A stretch of DNA of 64,000 nt, from NCBI RefSeq assembly GCF_006345805.1, contig NC_043000.1:74524001-74588000 (forward strand), given 5' to 3'. Below are positions 24,863 through 36,989 of this stretch, in pieces. Under the pieces are notes generated by a model. The model did not search any database. It was not told the DNA's origin and was given only the letters and a program-made list of their open reading frames with translations. The position numbers and the translations under genes were made by a program. The DNA comes from Octopus sinensis (taxonomy: Eukaryota). Position 1 is the first letter of the stretch. Each line of letters starts with the position of its first letter.

Positions 24863-25695
24863 TGTAGCATGGCAGTTTTCAGCCATTTTGAAATATGACT
24901 ATAGCGATTTCTAATATCTTCACTGTGTGAAAGGCAAGGTAGAAATGATCTCGTTTGAGGTTACAACCATCTTTGGCCAACTTGTTCTTGTTGTAAACAC
25001 TAACCTGATTGGTTGACAGGTGACACGAGTGGTCTCTACATAGTTTGCGCCACTGGTTGACATGTGACACGAGGGTCTCTACGTAGTCTGCGCCACTGGT
25101 CGAACGTGACGCGAATTGTCTCGACTTATTTTGCGTCACAGTCTCGAAACAACCAATCACGACCTTTGGTTAAGATTCCATTTCTGAAGTTCGGTGAGCC
25201 ACTCAAACAGTATATAAAGGAGGGTTCGCAGACACCTTTGTCTTTAGTTCCAGTTCTTCTAAGAACTAACTTAGGCCACCTGCTGCTCAACTTAGAGATA
25301 TGCGTTGTCTCTGCTACTACCTGTTGCTACGCTAATGTATACAATCACTGAAAGCCTGCTATATTCGCCGTCTCCATCATCATGTATCGACTTCGCGTCA
25401 CCTCTAACATCTTTGCCACACAAACTGTAAGCCAAATTCCATTATTGACCCTGTGCTTCGTACTTTTCTATGTCAACCGCATATTGCGTACATACGTGCT
25501 AACGTTTACAAACTCCCAACATCAACACAGTTCTAAATAAAATAATGTTTATATCTCAAACAGAAGACTTTTTGTCAATCCACTATGTTCTATTGTTACT
25601 GCATGTATTTATGGCTTGTAATAACTCATTAAGAATGGGACTGCGTGCGATTGTATTCCCTATACAATACGACCGCATGTGGTCCTGTTTTTACA
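24863..25695 (+). repeat. 3' LTR of element C with 43-44-bp U3 tandem repeat (~25010-25110) and TATA box (25211-25218)
   Basis: TG...CA ends; last ~120 bp match 20361-20487. Confidence 0.88.
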
Positions 25696-26499
25696 CCCTG
25701 CCTCTCTGCTTTGATGGTGTCCTACAATTTCTGCAGCAGAGAAGCATATGCCCCATTAATTATGGTGCCCTTTGCTTAAAAATCCATCATCACTATACCA
25801 TGCTGGTCCCACCTTGCCTGTTGAGGGTTGGACACAAGCCCTTCTTTGGAGGCAGTGAGTTATCATACTTCCATTGCTTTAACTGGACTTTTGTCTCAGG
25901 ATCATAGTAATAGACCTATGTTTCATCCTGTGTAATAAGTCTGCTGAAAATGTCCTCCTTGTTTTCTGGGCACTTTGCCAAAAGAGCCTGGGAGCAATTG
26001 ACTCATTCCTGCTTCTGAAAAGATGTGAGCATCCAGGGAATCCATCATGCAGACAACTTCTGCATGTACAAATGGTTATCAATGATTTTTTTCCGTGGAC
26101 CCTACACTTATCATCATTTCTTGAGCTAATTGCTGAACAGTTATGCAGCGATCCTCTAAAATGGTGACTTCCACTTTATGGATGGTGTCATCATCAATGG
26201 CAGAATGCAGTCATCTGGGAATAGGAGCAGTTTCCACCGATGTCTGACCACATTTAAATTGACGATGCCAGTGTTTGACTACATCATATGATGGTACATC
26301 ATCACCATAAACTTCTTCTTCATCTCATCGAAAATCTTTTATGGTGTACAACCTTTCAGGTGTAAGAACCTGATCACTGATCTGCATTCAACTGCCTCCA
26401 TTATAACACCTCAGTAGCCATAAAAGATAAACAAATACTAGTGGAAAGCTGCAATTTACAATGTGACATGTAGAGACATCTATAATTATGCCTTTACAG

Positions 26500-26880
26500 T
26501 GGCTGTGTGGAAAGATGCCTGCTTACCAACCACATGGTTCCGGTTTCAGTCCCACTGCATGGCACCTTGGGCAAGTGTCTTCTGCTATAGCCTCAGGCTG
26601 ACTACAGCCTTGTGAGTGGATTTGGTAGATGGAAACTGAAAGAAGCCCGTAGTATATATATATGTGTATCTGTTTATCCCCCCCACCATTGCTTGACAAC
26701 CGATGTTGGTGTGTTTATGTCCCCGTAACTTAGTGGTTCAGCAAAAGAAAACAATAGAGTGAGTACTAGGCTTATAAAGAATAAGTCCTGGGGTAAATTT
26801 GTTTGACTAAAGATGGTGCTCCAGCATGGCTGCAGTCAAATGACTGAAACAAGTAAAAGAATAAAATAATAATAACTGGA
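26500..26880 (+). mobile_element. tRNA-derived SINE
   Basis: gtggctgtgtgg head, ggttcagtccc B-box-like motif, caccttgggcaag CORE-like segment. Confidence 0.75.
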
Positions 26881-27049
26881 AGTGAGCCAAAGGAAATTTT
26901 TAATGAACTCTCCACGTGTGTGCGCGCGTGCGCATGCGTTCCTCTGAGTGTGTGTGTGTGTGTGTGTGTGTGCATTTATATATGTATTCTTGAAAATAGC
27001 TTACCAGTGCAAGTGCAGCCAGTTGAAAACTCCACATACCAGATGCCAG

Positions 27050-29330
27050 AAGGTTTCAGGAGGTCATCAGGAGAGAATGTGCACCATTTTAGGGCCTTCC
27101 TGTCAATGATTTTACAGCACCCCAGTCCCCTTCACTAATGTAAGGTCCCACCTATTGTTTGACTGACTAGTATTTGATCTCATGTCTGTTTTGGAATCAT
27201 CAACTCTTTAGCCAGTTTTTGTCATTCCTTTTCAGCCATATTCAATGGCTGGCCCTCTCAACTGTTGCCTGGATTTCCTTCAAGATGACATGTGCTTACC
27301 AATAGCCATCTCAGTCAGGTCCCAATAAACACCTACATCCAACTTCAACAGGAAAGTGTACTGCACTCTGACCAGTAGCACCCCATAAAGCTTGTCTTTC
27401 CTAACCTGGGCTGCATCTAAATTGTTTTCATGTGGAACAGTTAGTCAAACAAGATGTATTATCTTGAATTCCTCACATGATATTGTCATATCTGGTTTCC
27501 TCCTTGTTGGTACTGAAAAGTTGTATTCATGTTCTACAAGATCTACTTCTAACTCTCATACTCCTTCCCAGTTCTTGTCATTCACAGTTTTTTGTTTTGG
27601 GTAGCTATCTTGACCTTGACAGACAAACATGGTAAACTGTTTACTGCCATCCTTCTATGATTTTTTGTCACCACTGATTGCTTCCATCTGCTTCTTAGTG
27701 GTATTATAGAGAATTTTGAGGATCTCAATGTGCCTGTGTGTGTACCTTTCCTACACCATTGAACAGTTACATAGAATATGCTTTAATATACCAACTTTTC
27801 CATGTCTACATTTGTCATCGTTCACTATTTTCCACCTCTGCAGATTGCACGGGGATGGCAGTACATCATAGATGGCTTGAAAAATTAAACTCAGCCATGT
27901 GTTCCATCTCCAGATCTCATGCCAACCTACCTTCCTTTCAATAACCTTTTCTTTTCAGTTGGTCATCTAACCTTGCTGAAGACATCAACTCAAATGCAGT
28001 TCCCCTTTTCTGCTTCTCTCACTTTAACATAGCCACTAACGGTAGCTCTGTGGTCCCTCTGAGTTATTGTTGAAAATGGTTTAAATGGATTGCAACCAAT
28101 CTCCTTCCAATTACTTTGAATTGTTCCCACTATTTCTTGATGTTTCAGTGATGTTATTACGTCATCTGCTTCTTTCTCTGTGTACCATTTTCAAACAGTT
28201 TTGACACCTGGTGGATTGTCACATATTGCTACATCTTTGGACTCCCCCAGAATCATAACTGTTCACACCTCTCCAGCTTTGTAGATCTCAACAACTGATG
28301 TTATAGGTAGCCGAAGAGACCTATTTTCTGATATAGTACTGAACTGTTGTTCGAGGTAGAACAAGCCATCTCCTGATATAAACATTGCACATTTGCTCTA
28401 GGGTCTCCACTTTTGACAGTGCTACTATAAGCAGGGGTTCAAGCAATATAGGGTTATAGGTCAAACTGCAAGCATCAGATCTTGTATTTTCCCTGCAGTT
28501 TTGACTTGTCTATGGCCTTCAGCCTATCCTCAGCTTTTGTCACAATCTCAACGCTCCTACTCTTATCAGACAAATCAGAGACAAACCAGATGACCAATAT
28601 AGTACAACCTGCAGTAGTTCCAATTTCTAGATTATGCCAGTCCATTATAAAATTCTGTCATGAACTGCATTTTGAAGTTGTTATAGTAGTTCCTCATCAG
28701 AACCTTAATCTTCTCCAGCATGTATAAGAAGTCCATTGCTTTTATCAACAATTTGTGTGGTACAGAACCATAAGCATTAGCCAAATCCAGCCACACAATA
28801 TTCAGATCCCTCTTATTCTTATTCACATCTTGCATTCCATCTCAGATTGAAAATGTATGTTCCACACACCCAGAAAATTTTCATCTTGTAGATAAGTACA
28901 TAGCTGCTCTCTTAACAAGTACACCCATGTAAATCTTGCCATCTATATTCAGGATCAAAACTGAACCAGCCAATCAGTTCTGCTTCAGCTTCTTTTGGTA
29001 AGTAAGCTCCTTCTGCTTTGCACCAGTCATCAACCAGTTCACCTTTACACCACAACTCTCTGAGTTGTATACAACTGAGATGTATATACATGGACTACAT
29101 ATACATATTCTAACCTTACTATGTAGCCATCATATCCTTATCTCTACTCAATCTGAAGCCCTAGCCCATACTCCCTTGCTCTCCCTGCTTCTTTGTGCTC
29201 ACTCTAGATGATGGTGTATAGGGTTGAGAAAATTGCTATTCATTGAGTAAATCAACTATGTGCTAAAGCCTTTTGCCAGCTGGCAAGTATCTGCACAAAC
29301 TTTCTTTCAGATGCTAACAAAAGTTACTCA
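27050..29330 (-). mobile_element. Decayed HERO-like non-LTR RT region
   Basis: IVWLDLANAYGSVPH (ORF 28632..28835) and further decayed RT/C-terminal motifs. Confidence 0.7.
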
Positions 29331-29349
29331 ACAACTGTCTTCCCACTTT

Positions 29350-31620
29350 TCCTTCCAGGTCCATAATCAATGTTGACACAATGAAAAGAAGGACTGGTGA
29401 GATTATTGAAATGCTGGGCTGATGGCATGTAAATGTGTGTGGTGTGCAAGAAGTAAGATGGTGGGGAGCTTCTGCTAGATTCCTTGTGGGTAAGAAACAA
29501 GTACAAATTCTTCTGGGTAGGCAGGAGTGATGGGGTGGGTGGTGGAGGTATATCTTTGGAATAAAAGTGGTTAGATAAGGTAATTGAGGTAGTCAGAATA
29601 TGTAATAGTGTAGTTAAGGTGAGACTAATTGTAGATAAATTGCTCCACAGTCTGGGCTGGCTAATGATCAGAAGGACCAATTTTAGGAGGTCCTTTTGGA
29701 TACTAACTCAATGACAAAGACTTGGTTATTGTGGCTGATGACTCCAATGGACATGTTGGGTAGCATGCTCAAGAATTCCATAGTGTCTGAGAGAATAAAG
29801 ATGTCATGGGTGAGAAATGTGTTGTGAATAGCTACCAAATTTCTAAGTTAAGATTTGAAACCAAATTCACAATTTCCTATAAGTCCTCTACATATTGTTC
29901 TCACCTGTTGCACTTGTTGCATTAGGAAATTTATGAGAGTGACCTGACCACTTAGCCTTTTTTTGAGTCAAACATAGATCAGAGCTGATTAGAGAAGGTA
30001 AAATCCTTTGTTCTGTCTGACCTAATCGAGTTAAAGAAAATATAAATACACAACCAAAATCAGTTCTTTCGGGGTTTTTTTGGTCACTTGGCCTCTGATC
30101 AGGGAGATCTGTCTTTTCTTCCTTCTTCTTTCTGGCACGGATAGAGGAAGCAACTTTATTCTAGGGACTACACAGCTTTTACTCTCTCTGCTTGTGTAGA
30201 CTCTTTTACTTGCTCTCTCCCTTTCTCTCTCTAGGAGTCACAGACAGATGAAGCTAACTACCATACAGAATGGACAATAGAACAACAAATAATTTGTGTA
30301 CACAAACAACTCAAGGTAGTTGTAACTTATGTTGTAATGACAGTAACAATGATATAGATAAAAGACCATCTCGGCAATCAATTAATATTGTTCTTCTCTC
30401 ATTTATTCAGCGCATATTATCGTTAAACATGATCATCATAATTGGTGACATCCAATGCTTATAAAGTGTTAAAATTGGATTTTACTCTTATCTGTTACAA
30501 ATTAATGACTACAACATTCATTGATTGTTATACATAGTCATTACAAATATCAAATATGTGTGAATATGGAAAAGAAAGATGCATGGAAGTGACTGGTTTA
30601 GTAGTATTACTAGCTGCTACAAGGGTAAAGGTGATGCCTTAGATAGAGACAACTACAGATGTATCAAACTGCTGGACCATGTCATGAAAGTTATAGAGAG
30701 ATTTATTTCTCAATTGATTAGGAATAGAATTAAACTAGATGTAGGGCAATTTGGTTTTGTGCCTGGGAAGAGTACCACAGATGCCATCTTTCTAGTGAGA
30801 CAGCTGCAGGAGAAGTATCTGGCAAAATATAAACCATTGTGCTTGGCTTTTATCGACCTGGAGAAAACTTTTGACAGAGTCTCTTGCTCTGTTATCTGAT
30901 GGTCTCTAAGGAAGTTAGGAGTAGACAAGCAACTTGTTAGAGCCATAAAAGCCCTATATAGCAGTGCTGTCAGCAGGGTGAGGGTCAGCCATGAGGACAG
31001 GTACAGGTTTTGTGCACAACTAAGGGCTCATCAAGGCCCAGTTCTTAGTCCACTCTTATTCATCATAGCCCTCCAGACCATAACAGAGGAATTTTAAATT
31101 GGCTACCTGTGGGAAGTATTATATGCTGATGACCTCACTTTTATAGCAGAATCTGTTGCAAACTTGGAGAATAATTTCAGCTATAGAAGCAAAACCTGGA
31201 ATCAAAGTTGTTAGCAAGAATACAGATACAGTTTTCTTTTCATCAGGTAAATGGCTATCCTATGTATGTAGGGAAGGTGTTGGTGTGATATGGTGGATCT
31301 GAGGAAACTAAGGGTAGACAAGTGGTTGTGAAAGCTGTACAAGTCATACACAGAGTTTCTATCAGTAATGTAAGAATTAATTATGGGTACAATGATGAAT
31401 TTAGTGTACAGGTGGGCGTTCATCAATACTCGGTTCTCAGTCTCCACTTATTCATCGTTATCTTCCAGGCCATAACAGAGGAATTCAAGACTGGCTGTCC
31501 CTAGAAACTACTATGTACTGATGATCTTGCTCTTATAGCAGGTTCTATAGCAGAACTAAAAAAGAAATTCCAGTAGTGGAAGCAAAACCTGGAATTGAAG
31601 GGCCTTAAGGTTAACTTATC
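29350..31620 (+). mobile_element. Fragmented RTE-clade LINE (endonuclease 29350-29790; RT 30570-31620 with a partial repeat)
   Basis: VQEVRW, CYKGKGDALDRDNYRCIKLL, QFGFVPGKSTTDAIF, FIDLEK, YADD. Confidence 0.85.
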
Positions 31621-31759
31621 AACACACAAGTGAATTGAGAAGATACATACAACACTTCATTTACCCCATGCAGTTCTCTGGGTACAGCCAAAGAGACACG
31701 ATCAAAGTGTATGAAGGAGCCAGGGCAAAATATGGGACCATCATAGAGAATGAGGCAAA

Positions 31760-32350
31760 TGGGATCTATCTGCTATACAGGAGTAAATCCTGGAATAGCT
31801 AGAAAGAACTAAGAAGATAGGTGAGGCCAACTCATGGTATAACAACCATAAATACCAGAATACCTCTTCATCAATGCTACCCTGGAGGCAAACTAGCATA
31901 TCTTTTTAGGCAAAATTTAGGTAAGATGAATCTATGGATTAAAGTAGTAGAAAGATCAGGGATCCCCATAAAATCCCTGATCTGTAGAACATACCCATTT
32001 GAAAGAACCTCCTATTCAGTGTGCAGATAAACTGTAAAACTAGGAACATAGTCTATAGTATAAAGTATAGAGAGGGATGGTACAGAAATAGGACAACAAC
32101 ATACATTGGAGAGACAGCATGTAGCATAGGTGAGTGGATAAGTGACAATTGGTGGGAGCTCAAGGAGGAGAAAAGTTCATCAGTGCTCTACCAACATGCT
32201 GAATTAGAACATGGAAGTTGGATTGACAACATTGGTGTTAGGATCTTATTGACACATAGAACAGGTATGACAGACAGAGTATGGAGGCTACACACATCAT
32301 GGAAGATAGACTGAGTCTCAAAAGAGAATGTGAATGGAATAATAACACCA
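31760..32350 (+). mobile_element. Penelope-like GIY-YIG endonuclease fragment
   Basis: NCKTRNIVYSI...YIGET...SSVLYQH. Confidence 0.75.
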
Positions 32351-33042
32351 CTACCTTACTCCATCACACTATGCAACCTGGTGACTAAAGACAGAATGAG
32401 AAAGAGAAAAATAAATAAATAAAAAACATGGGTACATGTGTGTGTATATACAAATGCATATAAACACACATTAAGCACATATACTAAACACAGACACATA
32501 CACACTCGCCACATACAAATGTAAACACATGTGCAGATAGTGATAAATATCATAAAAGAATAAAATGGAATAGGTAGGACAAGAGGAGACACATGAGACA
32601 GTGAGTCACTGAAGATATCATAGAATGTGTGACAAAAGAACTTTGATCAACAAATAAGCTAAAAGTAATAATAATAAACTAAAGCAAAGATCAAATGAAT
32701 AGTGTGTATGTTTAATTGGCAAAATATGTCCATCCCCAAATATTTCAACACACATTTTCACTTCAAGAATCTTGCAAAGCAAATACATAAATGTGTATGT
32801 ATATATATTTTTTCCTATCTTCTCTGTAATGGATTTGTGACTATTTGGTGGTACAGAAGTATTTTTTGACTTCTTTCATTAGTGATATAGGTACTCATGT
32901 AGTACCCTTGTATATATGTGTACATATCTAATATTGTATGCATATATTTTATTAATTTGCCTGTACAGCTGATAATTCGCTTACCACTTGTGATGGTGTT
33001 ATAATAATACCATCCCTATATTTATTTATATATATATATATT

Positions 33043-33621
33043 TATAGATGATAAGAAAATGGAAGAAAAATAACAAAACGAAGTTTGTCTTTTGTACTAG
33101 GAAGCCATTATTTAATTAGTTAAGAAAGGTGAGAGTAAGACTGAGTTTATGATTGTTTCTGTGTACCATGGTGAGGAAAATATATATTTATATTTTTGCC
33201 TCATTGTCAATGGTAGACATCATCAGAACGAAGAAGTCAGAGGTAGAGAAAAGAGCGAATGATAGAGGGATACATCGGAAAAGATAGTGTTCAAAGGTTT
33301 GAAAGTCTTACATTATAGTTAGGTTCACAGTTTGTTAAATCCATTGTGAGGTAAAGGAATAGAAGTTAGTTGAATCTGCAGCAATATTTAAGAATAAAAT
33401 TAGAGCCATAGCCTGACTAGTAACTTAGCTACCATCATAGCCTCAATAAATAATAATAAGCTAGATACCTTCTGTGAAACTAGGAAAAATAGCAACATAA
33501 AACATAACAGCCAACCGGCAAATAGAATAAATTTCATCCCTAATGACGCGCCTTCAAACAACTTGGACAACGACCAGTTATCATGTGATGGTGGGGAACA
33601 AACACAGACACAAAGACACAT

Positions 33622-33653
<32 letters not shown>

Positions 33654-33818
33654 GATGGATTTCTTTGAGTTTCCTCATGATATATAATAATATATATATA
33701 AATATACATTTTCCTCGTAAACTCACTCTTACTCTCACCTTTCTTAACTAATTAAATAATGGCTTCCTAGCGCTAAAGACACACTTATTATTTTTCTTCC
33801 ATTTTCTTATCATCTATA
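33043..33818. repeat. Inverted repeat pair (33043-33193 / 33694-33818), probably inverted Penelope pseudo-LTR copies
   Basis: 44-bp perfect core ctaggaagccattatttaattagttaagaaaggtgagagtaaga and its reverse complement; left arm overlaps a hammerhead motif. Confidence 0.8.
33145..33229 (-). ncRNA. Degenerate long-stem-II hammerhead ribozyme
   Basis: gtt-CTGATGA-tgtc taccat..tgagg..cctca..atggta caca-GAAA-caatca-TA-aac; stem III mismatch, short stem I. Confidence 0.55.
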
Positions 33819-34023
33819 TAAATTAAACTACAGTTTACCCGCTAAATTACCTGCTGCCGTATACCTTTTACAAAGGACTATACCTACTGAGGTAATTACC
33901 AGGAGTGCCTTTGGATATATCTATCCCTTAGAGGGTTTAAACACTGCTAACTTATACCTGTATGTATATGTATATATATATATATATATAATCAAAAATA
34001 AGCAACAAGAATGACTCCAGTAA

Positions 34024-34111
34024 TTTGGTACAATTGTTTCGCACTACAACATTTTATTAAAAGTTGTAATTATTACAGCAGATTTAAGATGTTGAGTGCT
34101 CCTCAGCCAAA
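34024..34111 (-). ncRNA. Type-I hammerhead ribozyme with long stem II and palindromic stem III
   Basis: tttgg-CTGAGGA-gcactcaacat...atgttgtagtgc-GAAA-caattg-TA-ccaaa; all core nucleotides and the G10.1-C11.1 pair intact. Confidence 0.85.
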
Positions 34112-34318
34112 AAGGTAGGTTTTCCAATAATACAAAAGCTTTTAAATCAAGTAGTAACATTTTAGAGAAGGTAGATATACAGATAAAGATGTAGCATTAA
34201 ATTTTAAGAACATTAGGTTGTGAAGTCCAGCCACTAACTGACCAAAACTATGGTTGTGTTTAACTAGTTATAGGAGTGAGGGTAAGGGGGTTTCAGAATA
34301 CCATAAAAGGAATTCAAG

Positions 34319-34792
34319 TTAGTTGTAGGAAATAGGGTAAGGTAAGGAATGGTCCATGCTATCGAATGCTTTAGCTTGGCCTAAATGGACCAGTGCCCCA
34401 CCTTTGCCAGAATTATTACCATACCCTTCTACTGTGTAGTGTATAAGATGAAGATTATACTGGACGGTACTGCCAGGGACTGCACAGGTTTGTGCTTTCC
34501 CGATCAGGCCATCCGTGACTCGTGTCAATCTTTTTGCTAGCACCTCGGCCAAAATCTTCATCTCTATGTTCAGCAGAGTGATGGGCCTAAAATTATCTAT
34601 TCTATCCCCCTTGTCTGGGTCCTTCCTGACTAGCATAACCACTCCCCACCGCACAGATCTGGGAATCCACCCATTCTGTTGCCAGTTCGCATAAACGCTA
34701 GCCTGTACGTGCCCGAACAAGTCTGTCATACTTCTATATAACTTGTAAGGTAGACCATCGAATACCATCGAATACATCAATGTACCTTCCAA
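34319..34792 (-). mobile_element. L1/Tx1-clade RT fragment
   Basis: NFRPITLLNIEMKILAEVLAKRL...QTCAVPG...AKAFD. Confidence 0.85.
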
Positions 34793-35570
34793 TCATCCTA
34801 AATCAACCATCAATAGCATAGTGACTGCAATATCCATTAGAGTCTCAAACCTATCAGCTAATGAAAACATTTTTGATCAATATGCCCCTATCTATAATAA
34901 TGCTTTAAAATTAAGTGGATTTATTAATAATATTAAATATATACACAATACAAAATTAAAAACAAAACTAGCCAGCATCATGGATGATAAGAAACAGATC
35001 TCGGATAATGGAAACTCTCTAGTCAATACCCTAGAAGCTCACGTTAAATCGATGATGACTAATGTTTGTGCCGATAAACTGAAGTTTAACAGTGATAGGA
35101 ATAAAGGAGATAAAGTTGAAAATGAAGGTAATAATAATAAAAATAGTACTGATGTGGATACCATGGATGATAGGGATAATAACCGATGTAGAGTTGGTAG
35201 TAATAAGAATTATATATATGAACAGAATTATAAAGTTAGGTTTATATCAAATGATGGTGGAGATAAGTAGGAAAATAAAAATAAAAATATAAATAAAGAT
35301 AAAAACGTGAATAGCTTTACATATGGCAAACTAAGTCAAACAACATATTGTAAGCTCACTTATACGACCAAATCTAGGGTTTGTCAGGTTATTTGGTTTG
35401 CCCCTCCCTTTTCACTAAGAGTGAAAGGTCTATGAAGATTATTCTTTAAATTATTGAAAGAAAACTTCCCAAATCATTATAAATATTACTCAATATGCAA
35501 TAAATCTTCAATAAAGCTAGCTTATTCGGTCACTCCCAATCTTGGGTCTATTATTGCTTCAATGAACAGG
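34793..35570 (+). mobile_element. Penelope-like fragment (post-RT region with Asn-rich insert)
   Basis: NHPK...SIRVSNLSANE..F...APIYNNALKLSGF; WFAPPFS; KLAYSVTPNL..II. Confidence 0.8.
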
Positions 35571-35782
35571 AATACAATAAGATACTGTAATGATAAAAAA
35601 TGATAATAATAATTTTGGTAAGAACATTAAATCTGATAATGAGAAATTCATTAATGGCACTGATGATAGTAGTAATAGAAATAGCATACCTTATGAAATT
35701 GAATGTGAAAGGAGTATAAGAATGATTGATAATACAAATGATAATAATAATAACAATAACAATAATAATAATAATAATATTA

Positions 35783-36965
35783 TCATGTTTTGAGACAAGT
35801 TTTGAGACGGGATGTTAAAACTTGTCTCAAAACATGAAAACAAGAAAGCATCATACTCAGTAACAAAACAGGCAAAGGAATGTCTAAGTGAATTCCGAAT
35901 ACAACAAATTTCAGAATTAGAGATAGACATACAAGAAACAGGCACAGAAAAAGCTAAGCACATGAAAACCCGTGCTAAATCTGCGGCCTTAGATATTCTG
36001 AATGATAAATGGCAAGAAAAACCTCTCTATGGCAAATAACCCAAAGAGAGCAAATAATGCAGATGTTGACAAAGCCCTGACCCATCAATGGCTAATGGCC
36101 TCTGGCTTAAAATCTGAAACAGAGGGGTTTATCATAGCAGCTCAAGATCAATGCCTACCAACAAGAAACTACCAGGCCAACATATTAAAGATCAGAAGCA
36201 GTCCAACGTGTCGTGTATGCCAGCAACAAAATGAAACCATTGACCATGTGATCTCCAAGTGCAGTCTTCTAGCGCCTACAGAGTATCTCAACAGACACAA
36301 TAGAGCTGCACAATATATTCACTGGGTAATCTGCAAAAACCTGGATTTGCCCCATGAAAAAAACTGGTGGGAACACAAACCACCCCCAGTGCTTGAAAAT
36401 GACCACATCTCACTCCTCTGGAACTTCACCATTCAAACTGACAGAAAGATAGATGCAAATAGGCCAGACATCATATTGAAAGACTTCAAACAAAGAACAT
36501 GCCTCCTCATTGATATGACTGTCCCAATCGATATAAACGTATCTGTCAAGACCTACCAAAAACTGAGCAAATATAAAGATCTTGAAATAGAAATCAGCAA
36601 AATGTGGAACCTGAAGACTAAAACAATACCTGTTGTCATAGGTGCCCTGGGAATGATAGCAAAAGGGGCTGATAGCTACCTAACTCAGATACCAGGAAAC
36701 CCCAAAATGGCAGAAATTCAAAAGATAGTGCTCATGGGAACTGCTCATAGCATACGCAAAATACTTTCTATGTAATCTCAAGGTTTAAAACAAACATAAT
36801 TTTCGGTTTAAAAAAAAAAAAAAATTTTTTTTTTTTTAGACATTCATTAGTACAACACCAAAAACTCCCCCCAAATATATGGCACCCTAGGCATAACAAC
36901 AACATGAACTTCCAGCCTGTTATCTCTTGAGGTCTCTGGGTGAGACTTGGAGCCAACTTGTACAG
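35783..36965 (+). mobile_element. 5'-truncated R4/Dong-clade non-LTR retrotransposon (CCHC zinc knuckle plus restriction-like endonuclease)
   Basis: 257-aa ORF 36002..36775: ETEGFIIAAQDQ, CRVC..ETIDHVISKC, NRPDI, IDMTVP, KYKDL, VVIGALG; starts directly after (TAA)n. Confidence 0.9.
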
Positions 36966-36989
36966 CATTATGGCTAGCCCAAAGAAACA

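Larger units (their letters stand above)
20361..25695 (+). mobile_element. Ty3/Gypsy LTR retrotransposon C (CsRn1-like) with truncated 5' LTR
   Basis: 5' LTR remnant 20361-20487, PBS TGGTGACCCC 20489-20498 (tRNA-Trp 3' end), gag, pol (PR-RT-RH-IN), purine tract, full 3' LTR 24863-25695 (TGTA...TACA). Confidence 0.95.
19740..26316 (+). repeat. 621-bp direct duplication flanking element C (19740-20360 and 25696-26316)
   Basis: By eye 6 differences, all within the first ~220 bp; remainder identical. Confidence 0.95.
19343..26470 (-). mobile_element. Decayed mariner transposon interrupted by LTR element C
   Basis: LITQDETWVYYYDPETKVQLKQW (mariner DETW motif) in ORF 19834..20025; continues after 26316. 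Confidence 0.8.

Noticed and set aside
27052-27070. CTGATGA...GAAA spacing on the minus strand
   Set aside because: No stem I or II pairing and no UH triplet in position.
30050-30260. Purine-rich minus-strand stretch that could be a host exon
   Set aside because: No recognisable protein motif or convincing splice sites.
32608-32650. CTGAAGA motif after the GIY-YIG fragment
   Set aside because: GAAA is missing and stem I does not pair.
35660-35700. CTGATGA...GAAA in the Asn-rich region
   Set aside because: Stems I and II are not properly formed; better explained as low-complexity coding sequence.
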